The notes beneath the pieces are model-generated. The model was not told where the DNA came from. It ran no database searches and saw only the letters and a list, made by a program, of their open reading frames with translations. Of a DNA stretch of 32,000 bases, positions 1 to 9,430 are shown piece after piece. The position numbers were made by a program, and so were the translations under genes. The number at the start of each line of letters is the position of its first letter. The first letter of the stretch is position 1. Origin of the DNA: Aeropyrum pernix K1 (GTDB taxonomy: Archaea > Thermoproteota > Thermoprotei_A > Sulfolobales > Acidilobaceae); assembly GCF_000011125.1 (NCBI RefSeq), contig NC_000854.2:630001-662000 (forward strand). The letters run 5' to 3'.

Positions 1-140
1 TCCGCAACCATTTTTGGTTTACCACATATAATCTCGGGCAGGGTGTGTAAGACCCTGTAATTACCATACCCCCGTGCCGGTGTCGTCGGGGAAGCTTTCT
101 ACGTAGACGTGGATAACCTCTCAGGATTGACACTTTTGTC

Positions 141-1076
141 TCACATCTTCACCGCAACCAGGCCCAGCGCCCTCCTCCTAAAACCGAGGACCTCAAACCC
201 CGCCTCCCTTAGTAGCCTAGCTACCCTCCCGGGAAGATTTAACCCCCTGATCCTCCCGGGCTCTCCTGTGTAGTGGAAGAGCCTGCCACCCCTCCTTAAG
301 ATCCTGTGAAACTCCCTATAGAGTTCCAGAGTGTAAAGGCTGCTTGTGGACTTTGAGAACCTTGGGGGATCGTGTATTAGGGCGTCGAAGGCCGAATCGC
401 CGAAATCCCGGACGACTTCAACGGCGTCCCCAAGTATAATCCTAATTCTCTTGTCACGGAGGCGGTGGCTCCAAGGGTTGAGCGCGGCGAGCTGGAGGAC
501 GATCTCATCAACCTCCACCGTATAGACTAGCGAGGCCCCTCTAGCTATGGCCGCTATGGAGGTGTATCCCAGTCCTGTGCATGTGTCTAGCACCCTGAAA
601 CCCCTTTTCACGACCAGCGAGGCCTTAGCCAACGCATCACTCCAGGGGTCAGTCCCAGCCACCCTGTGCATGTGTATGCCGTTTATTTCAAGGGTAGGAG
701 GCTTGCCGCCGGGGAGTGGGACAAGCTTGTAGTACGAGCCCCTGTACGCCTCTGCAACTCCCATAAAGCCTGTGCTCCCCACGACGGCCATGCTCCTCTC
801 GCCGAGGGAAGCTGCATGCTCGTCTACAACAAACCTCGAACCACTTTCGCTCACGAGGACCGCCCTCTCGTCTATGCACTGCAACCCAAAGACTAGTCCA
901 CCCATCCTGACCTTAGCGGGCGGCCTCTCTCCCCTAGACCATTCTCTACACCTGCCGAGAAGCTCTTTGGCTATACTCGACGGAACTGCAATACGCCGTA
1001 GACTCCCCATGTTGTAGAGTTCCACTTCTATAGCCGAGCCACCTCTACACCGCCTGCCAAGAGGTGTCACGGGCAT
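141..1076 (-). CDS. class I SAM-dependent methyltransferase, COG2521-like archaeal family
   Basis: 311-aa ORF with motif I-like VLDTCTGLGYTSIAA, acidic VEVDE, and DALIHDPPRF post-motif. Confidence 0.85.
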   Translation of the reverse strand: MPVTPLGRRCRGGSAIEVELYNMGSLRRIAVPSSIAKELLGRCREWSRGERPPAKVRMGGLVFGLQCIDERAVLVSESGSRFVVDEHAASLGERSMAVVGSTGFMGVAEAYRGSYYKLVPLPGGKPPTLEINGIHMHRVAGTDPWSDALAKASLVVKRGFRVLDTCTGLGYTSIAAIARGASLVYTVEVDEIVLQLAALNPWSHRLRDKRIRIILGDAVEVVRDFGDSAFDALIHDPPRFSKSTSSLYTLELYREFHRILRRGGRLFHYTGEPGRIRGLNLPGRVARLLREAGFEVLGFRRRALGLVAVKM

Positions 1077-1101
1077 GTTCTTGCTGCAAACCCGCTAATG
1101 G

Positions 1102-1112
1102 CTATATATAAT
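1102..1112 (+). promoter_or_regulatory. TATA-like element (tatatata), near-palindromic, between divergent genes
   Basis: gctatatataatttt lies upstream of the small ORF at 1187 (+) and about 26 nt upstream of the methyltransferase start at 1076 (-). Confidence 0.5.
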
Positions 1113-1186
1113 TTTGCTGGATAGACCGTTTAACGCTTAAAATCATAGGTGATAACCTCTAAAACCGGGGCTGGAGGGCGACTACG

Positions 1187-1357
1187 TTGAAGCGGCTAGT
1201 ATACTCTAGGGAGGAGGAGGAAGAGGAGCTTTGGGAGGAAGAAGAGGAGGAAGAGCTGGAAGAGGAGGAGTTTTTCGACGAGGAAGAGCTAGAGGAGCTT
1301 GAGGAAGAAGAGGAGCTTTGGGAGGAGGAGCTCGAGGAGGAAGAGGAGGAAATATAG
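1187..1357 (+). CDS. 56-aa extremely Glu-rich small protein (TTG start), not in supplied ORF track
   Basis: In-frame TTG...TAG reads LKRLVYSREEEEEELWEEEEEEELEEEEFFDEEELEELEEEEELWEEELEEEEEEI; GGAGGG at 1173-1178, 8 nt before TTG; TATA-like box near 1104. Confidence 0.6.
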   Translation: MKRLVYSREEEEEELWEEEEEEELEEEEFFDEEELEELEEEEELWEEELEEEEEEI

Positions 1358-1539
1358 ACTGTTCAGGCTGACGAGCCTAGCCTCCCTATAAACACCTTTC
1401 CTGTGTTTCCCGAGTTCAATATTAGGACCTAGACCCTGCCCTATTATAGAAGGGCATCGCATTTGTATCACTCGAGGAGCAGTTCTACTCTATACATTTT
1501 ACCTCTTAGCGTAAGCGAAGGCCATCCTGGGAGTATGCC

Positions 1540-2403
1540 TTGTCTTCGCTGATAGGGTATGCACTAGCGTATGCCGCGAGCCTGCTGTTCGCAGTGTCCG
1601 ACGTTCTAGTTAGGAAAGCATCGAGAGATATAAGCCCGGCCGGCATACTCTTCCTCTCCCTCACCTCGGGCATACCGAGCCTGGCGGTGGTTTCGATACT
1701 TCTGGGGGAGCCCACGCTACCCGGTATGTGGTACCTACTCCTCTACTGCGCAATAGGTGCTGGCCACTTCTACTTTGGCAGGCTCTTCTTCTACACGGCT
1801 GTGGCGGGGCTAGGAGCGTCGAGCGCGGCGATAATAGTGTCGGCCACTCCCATAATGTCCAGTTTCTTGGCAGTTCTCCTCCTAGGGGAGGACCTCAGGC
1901 CCCCCGTACTAGCGGCTCTTATACTTGTGACGCTCGCCGCGTATATTGCCGCGAGAAACCCTTCGGGTAGGCCGCTACAGAACGTTAGCAGGAGCAGGGC
2001 CGTGTTGGCGGCTGCCGCTGCAACCCTAATATTCGCCTCCACCACGGTTGCTGTGAGGTGGATTGGGTTCCATGCGGACTCCCCCGTGTTGGGCGTCGTG
2101 GCCTCCTACACGGGGGCGTATCCTCTAGCACTAGCCACTGTGGAGGCTAGAAGAGTCTCCTGGGGGAAACCCGCTCTCTACACCGCGCTCGCCGCAGGCG
2201 TTGTTGTTGCTTTCGCCCAGGCGTCGAGATACTCCTCTCTAGAGCTAATACCAGTGCCAGAGGCCTCCGTGCTCTTCGGCCTGTTCCCCGTGAACACGGC
2301 AGTAATATCCGCTGTTGCCGGGGGTGAGGATGAGAGGCCTTCTAAAAAACACGTGGTTGCGGCGCTTATGTCTGTCGCTGCGGTGGCCATAATGTTCTCA
2401 TGA
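1540..2403 (+). CDS. EamA/DMT-superfamily membrane transporter
   Basis: 287 aa, about 10 hydrophobic segments, two EamA-like halves (SLLFAVSDVLVRKAS; LIPVPEASVLFGLFPVNTAVIS). Confidence 0.85.
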   Translation: MSSLIGYALAYAASLLFAVSDVLVRKASRDISPAGILFLSLTSGIPSLAVVSILLGEPTLPGMWYLLLYCAIGAGHFYFGRLFFYTAVAGLGASSAAIIVSATPIMSSFLAVLLLGEDLRPPVLAALILVTLAAYIAARNPSGRPLQNVSRSRAVLAAAAATLIFASTTVAVRWIGFHADSPVLGVVASYTGAYPLALATVEARRVSWGKPALYTALAAGVVVAFAQASRYSSLELIPVPEASVLFGLFPVNTAVISAVAGGEDERPSKKHVVAALMSVAAVAIMFS

Positions 2404-2428
2404 CACGCCATCTATTCCTGGCCGCCCT

Positions 2429-4615
2429 CTAGCCGGCCCTAGACCTGTAAAGTGCTGCTGCCACTATGATGATGGCGGCTGCGACGGCTGCACCCAGTAT
2501 TATGAGGGAGCTGTCGAGGCGTCCAGCAGTTTCCCCAGGGCTGACCGGCGTGGTTGCGGTCTCCTCCACGCCTGCCTTTCCTGCGGTTGTAGTCTCGCTG
2601 GTCTCCTCCGTCGTGGTCACAGTCTCGACAGTCTCACTGGTTGTCGTGGTTGCGGTTGTCTCGGTGGTCTCTGTCTCCTCTGTTGTCTCTGTGGCCGTCT
2701 CTGCGGGTGGTGTGGTGGTTGTTGTCTGGGGGGCAGGCACCTCCAGCTCTATCACTACTTCGCTAGCGTTTCCTGCCAGGTCTACAGCTATAATCTTAAT
2801 CCCCTCCATCCCGGGCACTGCCTGGGTTCGTATCATGTAGATCGAGGGGTCTAGACCGGAGAACACTGGAACCTCCTCGCCTAGCCCGAGGACCTCGGCT
2901 TGCACCTCCTCTATTCCCCAGCCTATGTCGGACACTTTGACCTGTATCGTCACGATGGAGCCTCTGAAGGGCTTGCTGGGTACTACAGACTGGACCTCTA
3001 TCTGCGGCGGCGTATCGTCCGGCTCGGCGTACATTATAGTCTTGCCTTTAGGACTCTCTATATTGAACGTGGCTATCCCTAGGTAGTAGAGGCCCTGGTC
3101 AACAATCTTGACGTCCACTGGGGATAGCCCGTCGGCTATCAGGTTGCTGGTATATACTTCGGCGGGAACGGCCTTAGAGAGCGGGTAGACTAGGGTAAGC
3201 CGTTCGAGCTTTACGCCGAACTCTTCGATATCGTATGTCCAGGAGTACGACTTACCCTCGGTACCGTAGGAGGCGTACACCTTGAAGCCCGTAGTGTCAA
3301 TACTCCCCTTCTCTAGCCTGTACTCGCGGTCGAGGGATATAACCTCGACCTGGCCGTCGGCGGTAACCCTAACGACCTTCGCGCCCCAGAAGTAGCCCTG
3401 TGGGTGGCCGTGCATCGCTGTTGTCGTGGTTATGAAGTACACGGGGGTGTTATCCTGCCTGAAGTATATGGCGTCTGCGTCCCTGTGTATGTGGCCAGAG
3501 AATACGACCTTGACCATATCATACCTGTTTATGATGTCGAAGAACCGCTCCACAAGCTCGAACTTAGACTCCCAGCTGCCGTAGAGCGCGCCTCTAAAGC
3601 TCTCCGGGTCTCCCTTGTACCTACCCGGGTCCGAGAATATTGGGTGGTGGACCAAGATAATGGCGACCACATCCTCGCCGCTGTACTGAGACAGAACGTT
3701 CTCCAGGAAGTCGAGGCCCTCAGGCTCTACATAGCCTTCCGACTGGCTGTCCAGGCCTATAAAGAGGAAGTTACCCCACTTGGCCGCCCAGTACCTGGCT
3801 GGCACGTTGTATTTGCCATAGAAGTCTAGCAGGAAAGATTCTAGGCCGGGAACCTGTGCCCAGTCGTGGTTACCCGGCACTGTCATAGTGGGTACTAGCA
3901 GCTGGTTCATTGCGAAGGCCCAGTTTCTATAGGAGCTCACGTTGATGCCGATATCGCTGATATCGCCAGTCACGACGACGAGGTCAAGGCCGAGCTCGTA
4001 CTTGAGAGTGTTAACTAGCGCCACGTCCCTGGCGAACTTTACGTCGTTAAGTATCCCCTTGTCTATGGCCCCGAAATGGATGTCGGTGAGGTGCATAATA
4101 ACGAGTTCGTCGGGAGGTGTATCATAGATTATGAGCGAGCGCGGCATCCAGACCATGTCTCCCGTAGTGAGAGTGAGATAGAGGTTGTAGAGGCCGGGTG
4201 CCGCGTCCTGCGGTATAGATAGCTTAGCCAGGGCTGGGCCCACCACAGCACCGTCCTGTATGGTTATAGAGTCGGATACCTTCTCCAGACTCTCCACGGT
4301 AAGCTCGATTCTCGCTCCTGTCTCCACGTTCACGGCATAAGCAGCCGCCACTTCGACGTATACGCTGAGCTCAACCTCAATGGAGCCGCCGGGCTGGGCT
4401 GATACGGGTTTAGCCCACGTTGGGTCTAGAATCCTTGCCTCGTTTTCCAGAGACTCCAGCACAGCCTGCCAGGGCTCGGGAGTCTCTTGGGAAGCGGCGG
4501 CCGCCGGGGCCTCGGTAAACCCGGGGAATGATGCGGCGAGGGTGCCTAGGACTATGAGGGCTACGAGGGCCAGTAGAGGTGCTCTAGCTAGGGGCGTCCT
4601 CAAATACCACACCAT
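2429..4615 (-). CDS. secreted, membrane-anchored calcineurin-like metallophosphoesterase with Thr/Glu-rich stalk
   Basis: N-terminal signal-like helix; motifs LTDIHFG, VVTGDISD, VPGNHDW, VHHPIF, SGHIHRD; Thr/Glu-rich tract then C-terminal TM helix. Confidence 0.9.
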   Translation of the reverse strand: MVWYLRTPLARAPLLALVALIVLGTLAASFPGFTEAPAAAASQETPEPWQAVLESLENEARILDPTWAKPVSAQPGGSIEVELSVYVEVAAAYAVNVETGARIELTVESLEKVSDSITIQDGAVVGPALAKLSIPQDAAPGLYNLYLTLTTGDMVWMPRSLIIYDTPPDELVIMHLTDIHFGAIDKGILNDVKFARDVALVNTLKYELGLDLVVVTGDISDIGINVSSYRNWAFAMNQLLVPTMTVPGNHDWAQVPGLESFLLDFYGKYNVPARYWAAKWGNFLFIGLDSQSEGYVEPEGLDFLENVLSQYSGEDVVAIILVHHPIFSDPGRYKGDPESFRGALYGSWESKFELVERFFDIINRYDMVKVVFSGHIHRDADAIYFRQDNTPVYFITTTTAMHGHPQGYFWGAKVVRVTADGQVEVISLDREYRLEKGSIDTTGFKVYASYGTEGKSYSWTYDIEEFGVKLERLTLVYPLSKAVPAEVYTSNLIADGLSPVDVKIVDQGLYYLGIATFNIESPKGKTIMYAEPDDTPPQIEVQSVVPSKPFRGSIVTIQVKVSDIGWGIEEVQAEVLGLGEEVPVFSGLDPSIYMIRTQAVPGMEGIKIIAVDLAGNASEVVIELEVPAPQTTTTTPPAETATETTEETETTETTATTTTSETVETVTTTEETSETTTAGKAGVEETATTPVSPGETAGRLDSSLIILGAAVAAAIIIVAAALYRSRAG

Positions 4616-4775
4616 AGATTCAGCCTATTGCGATAACCCCTTTATAGTGGACATCCTCCGGTTGAAAGCCCTATGTAAAGACGGTTTTATTCTGTGTCTG
4701 GAAACGGAGGGAGGCCCTCTTATTAGCCCTAGAGCGTTGAATGGGAAACCGGATGGATCGGCAGGGTGGAATGTA

Positions 4776-5978
4776 TTGGCTAGGCCTGGGCTAGCGGTCC
4801 TCCTAGCAAGTCTCTTCATCGTCCCCCTCCTGCTCTCCGCGGCCTCCCTCGCCTCTCCAGGAGGCGTGATTGTTGCTGTCGACGTGAGCCACGGCCAGGG
4901 TACGGAGGGCCTAGACACCATCGTCTCCAGCTGCGCCGGCTGCACATGGGTCCTAATACTGGCTGACGAGTCCCAGGAGGCCAACATAACGCCTGATATC
5001 CTGGATCTGTTCCAGGAGAAGCGGTATGGAGGGCTAACGCCGGAGAACCTCTCCGACGTTGACGTCCTCCTCATAGGCCAGGCTACCTCCCTTCTCTCCA
5101 ACGACGAGGTCTCCGCTATTGCAAGCTGGGGCTCGCAGGGCAAGAAGGCGGTGTGGGTTGCTGGCGACAGCGACTATCCCGCTCAGGGGAGCGAGACCGC
5201 CCAGCAAGTTGTCAACCAGGTGCTGGAGGCGCTGAATAGCAATATAAGGATTGACTACGTAAGCGTGGAGGATGACGAGAGCAACGCTGAGAGGTCCTAC
5301 AGGGTTGTCGGTATTGTTGACCCTGAGGGAGTGTTCTCATTCCTCAAGGAGGGCCTGCCCAACGGGGGCAAGGTGCTATTCCACGGTCCCGGCGGCCTCT
5401 TCGTGATAGGCACCGACGGAGCCCCGGCCAACCCGGTTAAGGAGCCTGAGAAGAAGCCGGAGAACGTGTACGTGATAGTTAGGACCACGGAGAACTCGAG
5501 GAGCGTCCAGCACCAGGACCCGAGTAACGGCGGCCTCCCAGCGGTGCTCTACGACCCGCTCAGCGACTTCTACAACACAGGCCCATTCCCGCTTATGATG
5601 GCCGAGGTCAAGGACAACGTGCTGATATTCGCCAGCAGTGAGACCATGTATGGAGGCTACGAGCCCATGACTGCTCCCGAGTACTACGGGGTGCAGCTTG
5701 ACGGGCCGCAGTTCGTAGCCAAGGTCATAGCAACCATGGTAGGGTTCACCCAGGGCACATTCATAGTGGTGGAGAAGGTTATAACGCAGACCGAAACAGT
5801 GACAGAGACAGTTACAAAGACCCAGACGGAGACGACCACTAAAACTGAGACCGCAACTGTGACCGAGACCGTTACTCAGACTACTACAGTCACTGAGACG
5901 AATACGGCAGTTATTGCAGCCGCCGTGATAATAATCCTGGCAGCACTGGGCGCAGCGTTCTTCCTGCTGAGGAGATAG
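4776..5978 (+). CDS. uncharacterised secreted surface protein with Thr/Val/Glu stalk and C-terminal TM helix
   Basis: TTG start at 4776 with gcagggtgg upstream; signal-like VLLASLFIVPLLLSA; VIAVDVSHGQG domain; TETVTETVTKTQTET tract; TM helix ending FFLLRR. The track ORF begins earlier (4380), antisense to the neighbouring gene. Confidence 0.75.
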   Translation: MARPGLAVLLASLFIVPLLLSAASLASPGGVIVAVDVSHGQGTEGLDTIVSSCAGCTWVLILADESQEANITPDILDLFQEKRYGGLTPENLSDVDVLLIGQATSLLSNDEVSAIASWGSQGKKAVWVAGDSDYPAQGSETAQQVVNQVLEALNSNIRIDYVSVEDDESNAERSYRVVGIVDPEGVFSFLKEGLPNGGKVLFHGPGGLFVIGTDGAPANPVKEPEKKPENVYVIVRTTENSRSVQHQDPSNGGLPAVLYDPLSDFYNTGPFPLMMAEVKDNVLIFASSETMYGGYEPMTAPEYYGVQLDGPQFVAKVIATMVGFTQGTFIVVEKVITQTETVTETVTKTQTETTTKTETATVTETVTQTTTVTETNTAVIAAAVIIILAALGAAFFLLRR

Positions 5979-6198
5979 TAGCCAAGCATGAAACACTAAA
6001 GATCGGTTACGTTTCACACCCACTTTTTAACCCTATTCTTCACCACATGATTCGATTTCGCGGAAGTTTCGTCCGGCCCGTTTTTCTCGCCCTTCCTCCC
6101 TCTATCTGCGGGGTGATTGCTAGCCAGCACCCTATGTCTAAACAACATACCTAATCTTTTAACACTCGAATTTAGCTTTCAAACGGGGTGGCGGGGGG

Positions 6199-7671
6199 TT
6201 GGCTGGTCAGGCGGTTCTGGTTAGCCTCTTCGTCCTCCTGCTCTACCTGGCCCTGGGCTCCCTGATAACCCTCTACGCTAGGAGGAGGATGGCACGGGGG
6301 GAGGGGGAGTTCTACCTTGCTGGTAGGAGGCTGACGGGGTTTCTCTCCGCTATGACTTATGCCGCCACAACTTACAGCAGCTTTATGATTGTTGGTCTAG
6401 TAGGCCTCGCTTACTTCACGGGGATCGGGAGCCTAGTGTTCGAGCTTGCCTACCTAGTGGCTACCGTGATACTCTTATCCTTATTCTCCCGCAGGGTCTG
6501 GAGGATGTCCAGGGAGAGGGGCTGGGTCAGCCCTGGCGAGATGCTTGCAGACCTTTTGGGCAGCCCGTGGGTGGCTCTAACCGCTAGTCTCGTTTTCCTA
6601 GTGTCGCTCGTACCCTACGCCTCAGCCCAGCTGAAGGGCATCGCCGAGACTATAGTAGCTATAGCCGGCTATAGTCCCGGCGACAACACCGCTTACATGG
6701 TTGCTGTTGGTGTGGCCCTGCTGATACTACTCGCCTGGTCGCTCCTAGCGGGCGTTAGGGGTGTGGTTCTAACGGACGCCTTCCAGGGGCTCTGGATGCT
6801 AACCGCTGGCTCTCTCCTCTTCCTATGGCTAGCTTCCAGGGTGTTTTCAAAGTCTGGCGCCAGCGAGGTCCTCTCGGCAATGGAGTCTGCGGGGCTCTTC
6901 GATATGTGGAGTGCGACACTGCTAATAGGCTTCGTGACGCCATGGGTGTTCTTCGCCGTGACCAACCCCCAGGTTGTCCAGAGGCTCTATATGCCGAAGG
7001 ATGAGGAAAGCTTGAGGAGGATGATCCTCTACTTCTTCCTCTTCGGCCTCTACTACACGGTCCTTGTGGTCGCCATAGGCTTCCTCGCCAGGGCTGGGGT
7101 GGAGCTTGGCATATTAAGTATAGAGCCGCAGGGGAGGGACCAGGTAACCCCCCAGCTGCTGTCCCTAGCGCACCCTCTGCTGGCGGCGCTAGTGTTCACC
7201 AGCATTGTAGCAGCCTCGGTATCCACTGCCGACAGCATTATACTGGCCCTGGCGAGCAGCGCCTCCAGGGATATAGGCCTGCTCGTCCTCAGGCTGGATG
7301 AGAAGGGTAGGCTGAGGCTTGGCTATGCAGCGGCGGCGCTGTTCACCGTCTTAATGGCTGTTTTCGCGGCCACCAGGATAGGCTACATAGTCCAGCTGTC
7401 CGTGCTGAGCAGTGTAATGCTCCTTGGCCTGGCGCCGGTTACTATAGCAGCATGGGTGGGGCTGAGGGTTCACCCGGCGCTGGCGGTGGCTTCCATAGCA
7501 ACGGGACCTGTATTGGTGGCAGCTAACGTCCTCTACTCGCTAGCTGTAGGGGGCGAGGTTTCCCTGAGCCCTGCTAAGCAGGTATTGGGTGTTCCGATTA
7601 GCGTTTGGGTGCTCGCCATCTCTCTTGCCTTGACAGCGGCCGGTATAGCTCTTGTCAGGGGAAGGCGATAG
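6199..7671 (+). CDS. sodium:solute symporter family transporter (SSF)
   Basis: 490 aa, about 13 TM segments, SSF-like GEGEFYLAGRRLTGFLSAMTYAATTYSSFMIVG and GRRLTGF...STADSIILAL. Confidence 0.9.
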   Translation: MAGQAVLVSLFVLLLYLALGSLITLYARRRMARGEGEFYLAGRRLTGFLSAMTYAATTYSSFMIVGLVGLAYFTGIGSLVFELAYLVATVILLSLFSRRVWRMSRERGWVSPGEMLADLLGSPWVALTASLVFLVSLVPYASAQLKGIAETIVAIAGYSPGDNTAYMVAVGVALLILLAWSLLAGVRGVVLTDAFQGLWMLTAGSLLFLWLASRVFSKSGASEVLSAMESAGLFDMWSATLLIGFVTPWVFFAVTNPQVVQRLYMPKDEESLRRMILYFFLFGLYYTVLVVAIGFLARAGVELGILSIEPQGRDQVTPQLLSLAHPLLAALVFTSIVAASVSTADSIILALASSASRDIGLLVLRLDEKGRLRLGYAAAALFTVLMAVFAATRIGYIVQLSVLSSVMLLGLAPVTIAAWVGLRVHPALAVASIATGPVLVAANVLYSLAVGGEVSLSPAKQVLGVPISVWVLAISLALTAAGIALVRGRR

Positions 7672-7723
7672 AATTTTTCAATTATTATTTCCATGTATTC
7701 CCCTATGAAGAGGAGTACATGCG

Positions 7724-8755
7724 GTGGTGGAAGCTCCCTTGAAGCGTGTAGGAGACCTTGAGGACCTCGCCGGGCTGAGGGTTTTAGTTTTCGGTGCTGG
7801 AGGAGGGGGAGACGCCCTCGGCGCCGTACATCTGTACAGGAGGCTGGAGAGGATTGGAGCAGAGCCTGTGCTAGGGAGCATCGTCTGGGAGAGGAGAGTG
7901 GTAGATCCGACCCCAGGGCCTATACCCGTGTGGGCGATAGAAGGGTCTCAGAGGCTGGCCGAGCACGCCGCAATAGTAAGAGGGTGGGAGCGGGTTGAAA
8001 GGCAGGGGGTAAGGTTCACCCCCCAGATCGTGAGGGCTGCCCGCGCCCTTGGTGTTGAGGCTGTAGCGCTCGGCGTCGACGGGGGCAGCATGGGGCTGGC
8101 TGAGGCTCTAGACACTTTAGCCAGGTTCTACGGGCTAGACGCTATCATAGCCCTCGACTCGGGGGGCGACGCCCTCGCCACGGGCTGCGAGGAGGACTTG
8201 TGGAGCCCGCTCGCAGACGCTGTGAGCCTATCATCCTTGTTGGATGTTAAAGTGGATGTGAAGCTTCTAGCCGTCCACGGTTACGGCGTTGACGGCGAGC
8301 TCCCTAGAAGCTACGTCCTCAAGAGGATAGCCGATGTTGCCAGGGAGGGAGGGCTTGTAGCCTTCACCGGTATAACAAGGCTTGACGCCGAGCTTCTTGA
8401 GAATATGGAGCGTGATTTCGTGAGTGAGGCCTCGAAAGCACCACTATGGGCTTTCAGAGGCGAGTGGGGAGAGAGGAGCATAAGGGGGGGTACAAGGGTT
8501 GTGGAGCTCGACCCCCTCCAGGCTACAACAGCCATAATGGATGTTGATAAGGTAGCGTCGATAACCAGCCTACCACACAGCGTGGCTGGCAGTAGGAGTA
8601 TCTACGAGGCTAACGCGAGGCTTAACGAGAGGTGCATCTACACAGAGCTAAACTTGGAGGAGGACCTCGCCAGGCATCCTGGATTGAGCGCGGTCGAGGC
8701 TAGAAGCAGGGGTAGAAGCCTCCTTAGAAGGCTTGGCTGTAGGCCCCTCTGCTAG
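7724..8755 (+). CDS. DUF1152 family protein
   Basis: VLVFGAGGGGDALGAVHLYRRLERIG and ALDSGGDAL motifs. Confidence 0.8.
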   Translation: MVEAPLKRVGDLEDLAGLRVLVFGAGGGGDALGAVHLYRRLERIGAEPVLGSIVWERRVVDPTPGPIPVWAIEGSQRLAEHAAIVRGWERVERQGVRFTPQIVRAARALGVEAVALGVDGGSMGLAEALDTLARFYGLDAIIALDSGGDALATGCEEDLWSPLADAVSLSSLLDVKVDVKLLAVHGYGVDGELPRSYVLKRIADVAREGGLVAFTGITRLDAELLENMERDFVSEASKAPLWAFRGEWGERSIRGGTRVVELDPLQATTAIMDVDKVASITSLPHSVAGSRSIYEANARLNERCIYTELNLEEDLARHPGLSAVEARSRGRSLLRRLGCRPLC

Positions 8756-9105
8756 CCCTCTTTGTTCGCAGTCCTTATCGTCGAGTATGCCTTGAGCGAC
8801 ATCACCGTCTCCTCCAGAATCTCAACCCTCTCTATCAGATAGGTTATGGCGTCTTCCATCTGCCTGTACTTGCCCTCGAGAAGGGTGAGCTTCATCCTGT
8901 AGTCTTTTTCAAGCTTATCTAACTTTCTGCTGAGCGCCAGGAGGGTCTTGGTAGACTCCTCGCTCGACTCCGCTGCGAAACCCTTGTTAAGCCCCATCTT
9001 AATGTAGAACTTGATTATGTCGGTAACCTGCACCCCGAGCTCTGCAGCCCTCTTCTTTAGCTCGCTGTATACGCTGTCGGGTAGGGATAGGTGAACGGTG
9101 GGCAA
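8752..9105 (-). CDS. ribbon-helix-helix DNA-binding protein with C-terminal coiled-coil
   Basis: MPTVHLSLPDSVYSELKKRAAELGVQVTDIIKFYIKMGL resembles RHH/CopG; heptad-like C-terminal half; TTG start with GGGG upstream. Confidence 0.75.
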   Translation of the reverse strand: MPTVHLSLPDSVYSELKKRAAELGVQVTDIIKFYIKMGLNKGFAAESSEESTKTLLALSRKLDKLEKDYRMKLTLLEGKYRQMEDAITYLIERVEILEETVMSLKAYSTIRTANKEG

Positions 9106-9247
9106 TGTCTTTCCCCATTAAGAAAAATACTGCAGTACTAGTATTTAAATTAATCTGTCCATGTCTTTTCCTATGGAGAATAATACCGGAAATCCCGGGG
9201 GACAATCTTTTTCTACATAACAGGCTCTATATAGTAGAGTTTAGGGG

Positions 9248-9430
9248 TTGAAGGCTTTGCGCGTCGTCAGCTTCAAGATAGAGGAGGACCTGCTGGAGCT
9301 GCTGGAGGAGTATGCTAGGAGGAAGAACTTGACTAAGAGCGAGATAATAAGAAGAGCCCTGGAGAAGTATCTAAGGGAGAAGCCGGATATGAAGCCATAT
9401 GTCGGCAAGGTAATGAAGATATATGCCTAA
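9248..9430 (+). CDS. small ribbon-helix-helix (CopG-like) regulator
   Basis: 60 aa: MKALRVVSFKIEEDLLELLEEYARRKNLTKSEIIRRALEKYLREK. Confidence 0.85.
   Translation: MKALRVVSFKIEEDLLELLEEYARRKNLTKSEIIRRALEKYLREKPDMKPYVGKVMKIYA

Noticed and set aside
1201-1354. GAG/GAA tract as a simple microsatellite or polypurine artefact
   Set aside because: Interrupted by in-frame LW, FF, D and L codons, mixed Glu codons, proper start, SD and stop; small coding gene is the better explanation, though not proven
4380-4775. N-terminal extension of the 532-aa ORF
   Set aside because: Lies antisense to the metallophosphoesterase N-terminus; signal-like helix and SD-like site support TTG 4776 instead
5376-6023. 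215-aa ORF listed on the minus strand
   Set aside because: Antisense to the well-supported surface protein, low-complexity Cys/Leu/Gly/His-rich translation typical of shadow ORFs in GC-rich DNA
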